From Thermoanaerobaculia bacterium (GTDB lineage: Bacteria > Acidobacteriota > Thermoanaerobaculia > UBA5066 > Gp7-AA6), in NCBI GenBank assembly GCA_036493875.1, contig DASXPB010000050.1:14577-78576 (forward strand): a stretch of 64,000 bases of DNA, given 5' to 3'. Each line of letters opens with the position of its first letter. The first letter of the stretch is position 1. A program made the translations under genes and the position numbers. Shown in pieces: positions 40,037-48,037 of this stretch. The notes below the pieces were generated by a model. It was not told the DNA's origin. It saw only the letters and a list, made by a program, of their open reading frames with translations, and did not search any database.

Positions 40037-41698
40037 CTAGCGCGGCGCCGCGACCGCGCCGTCCATCGCCGTGACGACGCAGTAGGGCTCCAGGCGCACC
40101 TCGCCCTCCACGGTGCGGTAGGCCCAGAGCATCTGGTTGATGGGGCCCTCGCGCCCGATGGTCCGCAGCGTGGCGGGGATCTCGAGGCGGTCGGTGCCGC
40201 GGCAAGCGCCGCGCGGTCCGAAGATCCGCGCCGCATTGCCATCCGAGAGCGCCCAGGTGCGCTTCTCGTCGTCGAGGCCGTAATGGGCCTGCAGCTTGGC
40301 CCAGGGCACCGAGTAGCCCGGATCCGCCAGGACCACGACGGTCAGGCCCTGCGAGGCGCGCGCGATCGGCCGGACGCGCTGCGCGATTTCGTCGTACAGA
40401 GCCTGGACGCGTCGCACCTGGAACGCGGTCGTCACTGCGGTGAAGCCGGCCAGGAAGGCGAGGAGCGTCCCCGGGACGAAGCGCCAGCGCGGCCGCGCGA
40501 CCCGGTCCGCGGCATAGGCGGTCGCCAGGACCGCAAAGGGGAGGATGGGCAGGCGGAAACGCGATTGGAAGTTGCCGGCGTCGGGGATCCGGCTGGCGAG
40601 GACCGTCGTCGCGATCCCGACGGCCACGGCCGCGCAGAGCCCGCAGAACTCGCGCTTGCGCGCAGAATGCCCGCCCGGGGGCTCGCGTCGATAGGCCCAC
40701 GCGACCGCGACGGCGCAGCCGAGCCCGACCGCGGCCCCGAGGATCGAAGAGAGGGTGGCGAGGTCGAGCTTCATCGCGCCGGCCGCCGACCCGTAGGCAC
40801 CGACCAGGGTGTACCAGAACCCCGACAGCCAGCGCGCCGGCAGCTGCGCGAGACGGCCGGCGAGGCGCGCGGCTTGAACGGCGGGCATGGTGTCCGGGCG
40901 CGCCTGGAGATCGGCGATCGCCCGAAACCCTAGCAGCCCGATGCCGGCGCCCACCGAGAGCGCCGCGGCGGCGCGGAAGCGCGCAAGCACCGCCAGGAAG
41001 ACCGCGGCGGGGACGATCACGGCGACCGAGTACTCGGAGACGAGCGCTCCGGCGGCCACGAGCGACGCGGCGAACGCCAGCCTCCAGAGCCTGAGGTCGC
41101 GATCCCTCCCGGGTCGCAGCGTCAGGAGGAGCGCCTCGAACGCGAGCACGACGGGCAGGATCGCGGCGAACACGAACGTCAGCGTGGTGTGCTGCATCTC
41201 GACGACGAGCGGAGCAAGCACGAGGAGCGCGCAGAGACCCGGGAGGCCGGAGTCTTCCGGGAACACGCGGCGCGCGAGGCGAGCGGTCTGGCAGGCGAAG
41301 ATCGCCCAGAAGACCGCCGCCGTCGCCACCCAGAGACGCGGCCGCTCGCCGAGGAGGCCGTACGACGTGTGGATGAGCCAGGCGTTGATCGGACGGTCGC
41401 GGTTGGTCGAAATGAGCGCGGCCGGACCCGCCTCGCGGGCGGTCGTCAACAGCTCGCCGTCGTCCATCACCGGGAATCCGGAGATCGCGCCGTAGGCGTT
41501 GACGGCCAGGAGAACGACGGCGGCCAGCGCCAGCAGCACGTCCGAACGCTTCATTTCAGCGAGTTCTCTCTCCGGCCGAAGCCTACCATCTCGATCTCGC
41601 CATTCCGTGGAATCGGCGTCTGGAACCCGCGACGGCTCAAGAGTATCCGAGCGGGGCCCGGCGGCGTCGAAGGTGAGGGAGCGGTCCATCGGAAGCAT
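40037..41698 (-). CDS. Polytopic integral membrane protein, possible GT-C-like transferase (553 aa); paralog of 35768..37324
   Basis: Hydrophobic helices throughout. GFPVMDDGELLTTARE after TM1, and a C-terminal soluble domain ending EGEVRLEPYCVV. A possible later start is MKRSDVLLALAAVVLL at 41554. Confidence 0.7.
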   Translation of the reverse strand: MLPMDRSLTFDAAGPRSDTLEPSRVPDADSTEWRDRDGRLRPERELAEMKRSDVLLALAAVVLLAVNAYGAISGFPVMDDGELLTTAREAGPAALISTNRDRPINAWLIHTSYGLLGERPRLWVATAAVFWAIFACQTARLARRVFPEDSGLPGLCALLVLAPLVVEMQHTTLTFVFAAILPVVLAFEALLLTLRPGRDRDLRLWRLAFAASLVAAGALVSEYSVAVIVPAAVFLAVLARFRAAAALSVGAGIGLLGFRAIADLQARPDTMPAVQAARLAGRLAQLPARWLSGFWYTLVGAYGSAAGAMKLDLATLSSILGAAVGLGCAVAVAWAYRREPPGGHSARKREFCGLCAAVAVGIATTVLASRIPDAGNFQSRFRLPILPFAVLATAYAADRVARPRWRFVPGTLLAFLAGFTAVTTAFQVRRVQALYDEIAQRVRPIARASQGLTVVVLADPGYSVPWAKLQAHYGLDDEKRTWALSDGNAARIFGPRGACRGTDRLEIPATLRTIGREGPINQMLWAYRTVEGEVRLEPYCVVTAMDGAVAAPR

Positions 41699-41803
41699 CG
41701 TTCCGTGGTAAATTTGTAGGTTCTCGAGGCAACCGGGCGGAGGTAGCCGCCCACGGAGGAAAACCCCTATGGATCGGCCGGTTCGTGGAGTCGAGTTTCG
41801 CGG

Positions 41804-42811
41804 ATGAGGACGACCCGCTGGGCGCTCAGAGTCGCCGTCGCGTCAGGCCTCTTCGTCGGGTTCTTCTCGAGCGCGCAGGCCCTCGGACCCGGCTCGGACG
41901 ATTTCAACTATCAACGACTGCAGGAAGGCCGTATGGCATTCCAGCAGAAGAGGTTTGGAGAGGCGATCAACCAGTTTCGAGTGGCCGCGTTCGGATCTCT
42001 GGACGAGCCCACGGTGCTCACCGAGTGCCTCGTGCGTCTGGCCCTGGCGCAGTCCGCGGCGGGCAAGACCTCCGACACCGATGAGACGCTGGCTCGCTTC
42101 GTCGACGTCGAGAAGCGATTCGGCGGCTTCGCCAGGGCGAGCCTCGACGCCGAGACTCGGGTCGAGTTCCAGGCGCTCCTGAAGAAGCGCATCGCGCCAG
42201 CGACGCTCGCGAGCGTGCCCTCTCTCTCCGGCGAGTCCTTGGCAGCCGCCGCGGGCAGGGCCTCGCCGTCGACCCCGGCTGCCCCGAAGGCTCCGGCTCC
42301 CTCGGCCGCTCCGGCTACGGCGACCGCCTCCTCGAAGGCTGCGAAGCCGGGCTCCCCGGTGCCGCCGCCGTCTTCGGGTTCGGCGTCGGGTTCGGCCTCG
42401 GCTTCGTCCTCCATGAAGGCTCCTCCGCCGCCGGCGTCGTCGGGCCCGACTCTCGCCGAGCGCAGCCGCCAGGCGATGGCGGAAGGGCGCCGCCTGATCA
42501 ACGCGAGCCGGGCCGGCGAGGCCGAGCGCCTCCTGTCGCAGGCGCTCGCCGCGGATCCGGGAAACCGCGAGCTGCGCCTCTCGTTGCTCGAGGCGTCGTG
42601 CCTCAACCGCTCGTATACGACCTCGATTGCGCAGGTCTCCGCCGTGTCGCCCTTCGGAGAGGGGGAGAGCGTTTCGATGTTCTACGCCGCGGTCGCCCTC
42701 TACGAAGTCGGCCGGCTGCCCGAGGCGCGCGACCTGATGCGGCGCGCCGACTCGCGCGTCTCGGGTCCGCTGGTGGACGAGTACGCGAAGAAGATCATGG
42801 GGCAGCCGTGA
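41804..42811 (+). CDS. Secreted TPR-like protein with a central Ala/Pro/Ser low-complexity linker (335 aa)
   Basis: Signal peptide MRTTRWALRVAVASGLFVGFFSSAQA. TPR-like helical pairs at both ends (GRMAFQQKRFGEAINQFRVAAFG; AGEAERLLSQALAADPGNRELRLSLLEA; FYAAVALYEVGRLPEARDLMRRA). First gene of the plus-strand polysaccharide block. Confidence 0.7.
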   Translation: MRTTRWALRVAVASGLFVGFFSSAQALGPGSDDFNYQRLQEGRMAFQQKRFGEAINQFRVAAFGSLDEPTVLTECLVRLALAQSAAGKTSDTDETLARFVDVEKRFGGFARASLDAETRVEFQALLKKRIAPATLASVPSLSGESLAAAAGRASPSTPAAPKAPAPSAAPATATASSKAAKPGSPVPPPSSGSASGSASASSSMKAPPPPASSGPTLAERSRQAMAEGRRLINASRAGEAERLLSQALAADPGNRELRLSLLEASCLNRSYTTSIAQVSAVSPFGEGESVSMFYAAVALYEVGRLPEARDLMRRADSRVSGPLVDEYAKKIMGQP

Positions 42812-44073
42812 GGCGCGCCGCCCTCCTGTTCTTCTCGGGAGCGCTCGTCGCTGCAGCGGCGCGAGCGCAACTGACCTCGGACGACGTGCCGCAGGGGCGG
42901 ACGATCCCCGCCAAGGAGGAGGTCGACGCGGACATGCAGGCCGCGCGCTTCCGCCTGGGACCGATCCGCATGATTCCCACGATCTCGGTGAGGGACGCCG
43001 GATACGACAACAACGTGTTCGGCACCACGGAGAATCCGGTCAGCGATTGGTCCTTCACGATCCGCGGCGGCTTTCGTTTCATCGTGCCCTTCGGGGCGAA
43101 GGTGTACCTGCGCGCCTCCGCGCTTCCCGAGTACACCTGGTACGACAAGCTCGAGGAGCGGCGAGGCTGGGGCGGGCTGTACGAGGCCACTCTCCTCGGC
43201 TTCTTCAACCGCATGACGGCGCAGCTGCGGGCGTACGACCAGGAGACGTTCGCGACCTACAGCTCCGAGATCCCGACGCGCGTCCTGACGCGCACGCAGG
43301 ACGCATCGGGCGGGTTCGAGGTGGAGCTGCTGAAGCGGCTCACGTTCTTCGCGAAGGCCGAGGGAATGCGCGTCCGCTACGACACCAATGGGCAGCTCCC
43401 CGGGGATCCGGTCAACCTGAACGACCGCACCGACACGTCGATACGGGGAGGGCCACGCTACTACCTCACGCCGGAATGGAGCGTCTCGGCCGCGGTCGAG
43501 CAGACGTGGAGCGACTTCGTCAACGACCCGGAGACCCGGGACAACCAGAGCCGGGCGTATCTGCTGGGCGTCCAGTACACGCGCCCGAGGCTCTACCTCA
43601 ACCTCTCCGGCGGATACCGCACGGGCGACCCGCGCGACAGCTCGACGTTCCCCGCCTACTCCACCGGCACGGGCTCGTTCTTTGCATCGTTCTTCGCGAT
43701 CCGCTGGCTGGAGCTCCAGGCCTACGGACACAGACGCGTGCAGTACAGCTTGACCTCGGACAACCCGTACTACTTCGAGAACCGCATCGGCGGCGCGATC
43801 AACCTCGAGGTCCTCGGCCGCGTCCTCCTGCGCGGGTACGGGGAGGCCGGGCCCAACCAGTACCCGGTCGGACAGGCGGAAAACGGCGTGGTGACGCACC
43901 GCCGCGACCAGATCACGCTCTTCGGGGGAGGCGCCTCGATGATCGTGGTGCGCCCGGTGGTTCTGACGGCGCTCGTCACCCGGACGGAGTACAACTCGAA
44001 CATCGCCGGTCAGGACCGGACGATCACGCGTTTCACGATCAACCTCGCGTTTACGGGGGAGTTGGTTCGATGA
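42808..44073 (+). CDS. Outer-membrane beta-barrel protein of polysaccharide-export loci (Wzp/EpsL-like porin candidate, 421 aa)
   Basis: Track ORF 42598..44073 trimmed to GTG 42808 (GTGA overlap with the upstream stop). Signal peptide VRRAALLFFSGALVAAAARAQ. Alternating-hydrophobicity strands with aromatic girdles (FRFIVPFGAKVYLRASALPEYTWY, AYLLGVQYTRPRLYLNLSGGYR, RFTINLAFTG). Immediately precedes the OPX gene. Confidence 0.6.
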   Translation: MRRAALLFFSGALVAAAARAQLTSDDVPQGRTIPAKEEVDADMQAARFRLGPIRMIPTISVRDAGYDNNVFGTTENPVSDWSFTIRGGFRFIVPFGAKVYLRASALPEYTWYDKLEERRGWGGLYEATLLGFFNRMTAQLRAYDQETFATYSSEIPTRVLTRTQDASGGFEVELLKRLTFFAKAEGMRVRYDTNGQLPGDPVNLNDRTDTSIRGGPRYYLTPEWSVSAAVEQTWSDFVNDPETRDNQSRAYLLGVQYTRPRLYLNLSGGYRTGDPRDSSTFPAYSTGTGSFFASFFAIRWLELQAYGHRRVQYSLTSDNPYYFENRIGGAINLEVLGRVLLRGYGEAGPNQYPVGQAENGVVTHRRDQITLFGGGASMIVVRPVVLTALVTRTEYNSNIAGQDRTITRFTINLAFTGELVR

Positions 44074-44903
44074 AGAGAATGGCGATCCTCGCGGTTCTTC
44101 TCCTCCTCCTCGCCGCCGGCTCGGCGCGGGCGCAGGAGCCGGCCGGCGACTACCGTGTCGGCCCCAAGGATCTGCTGGAGATCAAGGTGATCGAGCTCCC
44201 GGAGTTGAACGTCGAGCGCCGCATCTCCGACAGCGGCTCGATCGAGCTGCCGCTCGTCGGCCCGATGCCGGTCGGGGGCCTGACGGCCGCCGAGGTCCGG
44301 GATCGGCTGGAAACCACGCTCACCGCGAAATACGTCAACCGCGCCAACGTTTCGGTCGTCGTGAAGGAGTTCGCCAACAAGCCCGTGTCGGTGCTGGGGG
44401 CCGTGCTGAAGCCCGGAACTCTCAGCATCTCCGGGAGATGGACGCTGATGAACGCGATCACGGCGGCGGGTGGCCTGACGGAGCGGGCGGGGCGCAAGAT
44501 CTACGTTCTTCGACGGGCGGACAACGGCCTCTCCGATACGCTGGAGATCGACACGGCCGATCTGTTCCAGTCCGCGACGCCGTACTGGAACATTCCGATC
44601 CAGCCCGCGGACGTCATCAACGTGCGCGCCCGTTCGTCGATCACCGTCTATTGCCTGGGCGAGGTGAAGACGCCGGGGGCCATCCAGTTCGACAGCGAGG
44701 ATCGCGTGTCGCTGCTCTCCGTGATCTCCAAGGCCGGAGGCCTGACGGATCGCGCGTCCAAGACCATCCGCGTCAAGCGCAAGGGCAAGGACGGCAAGGA
44801 TTCGGAGACGGTCTACGAATTCGGGCGCATCATGTCGGGTAAGGATCCGGACCCTGTCATCGACCCGGATGACGTGGTCGTGGTGAAGGAGTCGTTCTTC
44901 TGA
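44070..44903 (+). CDS. wza: Short outer-membrane polysaccharide export (OPX, Wza-like) protein lacking lipobox and C-terminal OM helix (277 aa)
   Basis: In frame of track ORF 43047..44903; ATG 44070 overlaps the upstream stop (ATGA). Signal peptide MKRMAILAVLLLLLAAGSARA with no Cys. Poly_export motif YRVGPKDLLEIKV...SGSIELPLVGPMPVGGLTAAEV, then SLBB-like VSVLGAVLKPG and VYCLGEVKTPG. Confidence 0.85.
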   Translation: MKRMAILAVLLLLLAAGSARAQEPAGDYRVGPKDLLEIKVIELPELNVERRISDSGSIELPLVGPMPVGGLTAAEVRDRLETTLTAKYVNRANVSVVVKEFANKPVSVLGAVLKPGTLSISGRWTLMNAITAAGGLTERAGRKIYVLRRADNGLSDTLEIDTADLFQSATPYWNIPIQPADVINVRARSSITVYCLGEVKTPGAIQFDSEDRVSLLSVISKAGGLTDRASKTIRVKRKGKDGKDSETVYEFGRIMSGKDPDPVIDPDDVVVVKESFF

Positions 44904-47152
44904 TGACCCAGACACCGCCCCGTTCGTTCGAGGAGTTCACCGAGGAGACTCGCGAGCCCGAGGTCCATCTCTCGGATTACTGGGCGATCGTCCTCAAGCA
45001 CCGGCGGATGATCCTGGCCTGCCTCGTGGTGGCGCTGCTCGCCGGGATCCTGGTCACCGTGCTGTCCAAGCCGATGTATCGCGCGACGGTCGTCCTCGAC
45101 ATCGTGCATTCGACCAACAATCCCCTGGGCCTCTCCGTGTCGATGCCGAACGCGGCCGGAGACGGCGAGGCCGAGTTCCTGCCCAGCCAGATCGAGCTGC
45201 TCGAGAGCCGCGACGTCGCCGAGCGCGTCGTCAAGAAGCTCAACCTGCTGGCCGATCCGGCCTTCAACCCTCCGGACCCGGCGATGTTCGCCGGGCGCAA
45301 GGCGCCGGTCAAGCGCACCCCGACCGACGAAGAGATCGCGGCGGCGGCGCTCGCGGTCAAGGGAAACGCCTCGGCCACGATCGTCCGCGGCACGAGCCTC
45401 GTCGAGGTCTCCTACAAGGCCTCCTCGCCGAGGCTCGCGGCGCGCGTCGCCAACGGCATCGCGGACGCGTACATCGAGTGGAACATCGAGTCGCGGTTCC
45501 GCCAGATCGGGCAGTCGGCGGAGTTCCTGGCGACCCAGATCGAGCAGGCCAAGCGCGAGATCGAACAGAAGGAAAGGGCCCTCCTGTCCTTCGCGCGGCG
45601 CAACGACATCATCGCGGACCCCAAGGCGAGCAACATGCACAGCCTGGAGTCGATCGGCCAGGACTACAACACGGCGGTCGCGGAGCGCGTCGGCAAGGAG
45701 GCGCGCTACCAGGAGCTGCAGAACACCCCCTCGGAGACGATCGCCGAATCGGCGGTGGCGGGCATTCTGAGCACGCTGCGGACGGAGCAGTCCCGGATCG
45801 AGCGGGAGTACGCCGAGAAGCTCGGCACCTACAAGCCCGAGTTCCCGGCGATGCAGCAGCTCAAGAAGCAGATCGACGACGGGCGCGCACGCATCGCGTC
45901 GGCGATCCAGGAGACGGCGACGAAGTCGCGGGAGGCGGCGCGCAGCGACTACCTGACGGCCCTCCGGCGGGAGAGCAGCCTGAAGGAGATGATGCGCGCG
46001 CAGCAGACCGAGGCGCTCAACCAGGGGACCTCCGAGTACAGCAACCTCCGCGTCGAGATCGACACCAAGCGCGCGCTGCTCGACAGCCTGCTCAAGCAGC
46101 AGGGCGAGACCGAGGTGCTCTCGCGGCTGCGGGAAACGCAGCTCATCAACATCCGCGTCGTGGACCAGGCGCTCCCGCCGGGGAGGCCGTTCCGTCCGTC
46201 CGCGACGAAGAACCTGGCCATCGCGCTCGTCCTCGGCCTCGGCGGGGGACTCGCTTTCGCGTTCCTCCTGTCCTACCTGGACCGGAGCCTGCGGACGACG
46301 GACCAGGTCGAGACCTACCTCCAGCTCCCCAATCTCGGCGCCATCCCGCTGGTCGGCGGCACGAAGACGTATGCCTTCCGGCGCGACAAGGCGCCCACGG
46401 GGCCGTCGGGCGCCGCGACGGGACCCACCGTGGACCTCATGCCGCACGTCGCTCCTCGGTCGGCGATCGCCGAGGCGTACCGCGCGTTCCGCACCGCGCT
46501 CCTGTTCTCGCGAGCGGGAGGCGTCCGGATCGTCGCCATCACCTCGGTCGTCCCCGAGGAGGGCAAATCCTCGACGGCCGTCAACCTCGCCGTCGTGCTC
46601 GCACAGCTGGGCCGCCGCGTGCTGCTCGTGGACGCGGATCTGCATCGCGGACGCCTCCACAAGGTCCTCGACGTGTCGAACCGGCTCGGCCTGGTGTCGA
46701 TCCTGGCCGAGGGCATGGAGCCCTCGCGGGTGATCTCGAAGACTTCCGTGCCGGGCGTCTTTCTCGTCCCGGCGGGGCCCGAGACGCCGAATCCGTCCGG
46801 TCTTCTGTCCTCGGACGACATGCGCCGCTTCCTGGAGTTGGCGGCTTCGAACTTCGATCACGTGGTGGTCGATACGCCGCCGGTCCTCGCGACGTCGGAC
46901 GTCCTCGTGTTCGGCCAGCATACGGACGGCGTCGTGATCTGCGTACGCGCCGGCCGGACGCCGCGCGAGCAGGTGCGGAGCGTCCGCGACAAGCTCCTCC
47001 GGGGCGGCGTCTCGATCCTGGGCGTTCTCCTCTCCGGGCTCGAGCTCGACTCGGACTACTACGGAGGCTACGAATACCGCCACCTGAACTACGGGGAGCG
47101 CGTCCTGGCGGCGGATCCGGCACAGAAAGTGGAGGCGAGCGGAACCAGCTGA
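44903..47152 (+). CDS. wzc: Polysaccharide co-polymerase (PCP-2a) with C-terminal BY-tyrosine kinase domain (Wzc/GumC/EpsB-like, 749 aa)
   Basis: N-terminal TM plus Wzz-like region and a long coiled-coil periplasmic part. Kinase Walker A VVPEEGKSS, A' VLLVDADLHRG, B HVVVDTPP. Tyr-rich tail DSDYYGGYEYRHLNYG. Confidence 0.9.
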   Translation: MTQTPPRSFEEFTEETREPEVHLSDYWAIVLKHRRMILACLVVALLAGILVTVLSKPMYRATVVLDIVHSTNNPLGLSVSMPNAAGDGEAEFLPSQIELLESRDVAERVVKKLNLLADPAFNPPDPAMFAGRKAPVKRTPTDEEIAAAALAVKGNASATIVRGTSLVEVSYKASSPRLAARVANGIADAYIEWNIESRFRQIGQSAEFLATQIEQAKREIEQKERALLSFARRNDIIADPKASNMHSLESIGQDYNTAVAERVGKEARYQELQNTPSETIAESAVAGILSTLRTEQSRIEREYAEKLGTYKPEFPAMQQLKKQIDDGRARIASAIQETATKSREAARSDYLTALRRESSLKEMMRAQQTEALNQGTSEYSNLRVEIDTKRALLDSLLKQQGETEVLSRLRETQLINIRVVDQALPPGRPFRPSATKNLAIALVLGLGGGLAFAFLLSYLDRSLRTTDQVETYLQLPNLGAIPLVGGTKTYAFRRDKAPTGPSGAATGPTVDLMPHVAPRSAIAEAYRAFRTALLFSRAGGVRIVAITSVVPEEGKSSTAVNLAVVLAQLGRRVLLVDADLHRGRLHKVLDVSNRLGLVSILAEGMEPSRVISKTSVPGVFLVPAGPETPNPSGLLSSDDMRRFLELAASNFDHVVVDTPPVLATSDVLVFGQHTDGVVICVRAGRTPREQVRSVRDKLLRGGVSILGVLLSGLELDSDYYGGYEYRHLNYGERVLAADPAQKVEASGTS

Positions 47153-47154
47153 GC

Positions 47155-47236
47155 AGGGACTCCAGAAACCTGTCCTCAGGGACAGTTTCGGGACCTGTCC
47201 CAAGGGACCGGTCGCCCGAAAACGGACGGCGGTCCC
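47155..47236 (+). promoter_or_regulatory. Structured leader: cluster of GGGAC/GTCCC motifs forming alternative hairpins upstream of the NusG-like gene
   Basis: GGGAC at 47156, 47179, 47190 and 47204; GTCCC at 47197 and 47232. Hairpins: CTGTCC-tcag-GGACAG (47170-47185), GGGAC-ct-GTCCC (47190-47201), GGGACCG-19 nt-CGGTCCC (47204-47236). Confidence 0.35.
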
Positions 47237-47317
47237 TGTGGTATCATTGCCGCTCACACAATCAAGGGTTTGCCTCTCCCGGTGAGGGTGTCGGGCAAAC
47301 GAAGGAGACCCGGGGCA

Positions 47318-47902
47318 ATGCCGCTCCTCAAGCGCGGAACGGAGATCTTTCCCAGGGAGATCTTCGAATTGTCTCAGGGAGTCGCTCCCTGGTGGGTGGC
47401 CCACACCCGCAGCCGGCAGGAGAAGGAGCTGGTCCGGTATCTCCTGCCGCGGGGCGTCCCTTTCTACCTGCCCAACGAGGAGCGGGCGACCCGCCGCGCG
47501 GGGCGCACCTTCCGGTCCTATCCGCCCCTCTTTCCGGGCTACGTGTTCTTCCGCGGAGGGGCGGATGTCCGGCACACCGTCCTCCGCAGTCATCAGCTCG
47601 TGCGAATCCTCGACGTTCCGGACCAAGAGCTTCTGAATCAAGAGCTTCTGCAGCTCCGGCAGCTGCAGCTCTCGGGCGCGCCGCTGGTGCCCCTCGACGA
47701 AGTCGAGCCCGGGGATCCCGTGCGAATCGTCCGCGGGCCGTTCCAGGGCTACACCGGGATCGTCCTTCGGGGACGCGCCCGGCTCGTCGTTTCGATCACG
47801 ATGTTGCGCAAGGCCGTGGCCGTCGAGCTCGAGAGGGACATGGTCGTCCCCCTCGTCTCCTCGGCAGAGGCCCGAAGAGACTCGAGAAGCGCCGTCGCCT
47901 AG
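47318..47902 (+). CDS. NusG-family specialised transcription (anti)termination factor (RfaH/UpxY-like; NGN + KOW, 194 aa)
   Basis: Track ORF starts at TTG 47270; ATG 47318 with AAGGAGA 9 nt upstream is preferred. NGN block WWVAHTRSRQEKELVRYLLPRGVPFYLP...LFPGYVFF. KOW block GDPVRIVRGPFQGYTGIV. Embedded in the polysaccharide locus. Confidence 0.85.
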   Translation: MPLLKRGTEIFPREIFELSQGVAPWWVAHTRSRQEKELVRYLLPRGVPFYLPNEERATRRAGRTFRSYPPLFPGYVFFRGGADVRHTVLRSHQLVRILDVPDQELLNQELLQLRQLQLSGAPLVPLDEVEPGDPVRIVRGPFQGYTGIVLRGRARLVVSITMLRKAVAVELERDMVVPLVSSAEARRDSRSAVA

Positions 47903-48037
47903 TTCGGGAGGAGGCGCTTCTCTCCAAATGATGCGATCCGAGTCGGTGAGCGGCCCTTTTCCGGCGTACACCGAAAGGGGCGAAGCCTGAGCGATGAACG
48001 GAACGAAGTCAAAGGCGACGAAGGGAAGTCAAACGCC

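Noticed and set aside
42230-42430. Ala/Pro/Ser-rich stretch (…PAAPKAPAPSAAPATATASS…SGSASGSASASSS…) as a possible functional tandem repeat or collagen-like segment
   Set aside because: There is no fixed period. It looks like a generic low-complexity linker between two TPR-like halves.
47228-47240. ops-like element (GGCGGTCCCTGTG vs RfaH ops GGCGGTAGnnTG) upstream of the NusG paralog
   Set aside because: Only the first six bases match and RfaH-type ops is an enterobacterial element. I treat it as chance within the GGGAC-rich leader.
44813-47971. 1052-aa minus-strand ORF
   Set aside because: It is antisense to wzc and the NusG-like gene, both of which have strong motifs, and its composition is low-complexity. 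High-GC artefact.
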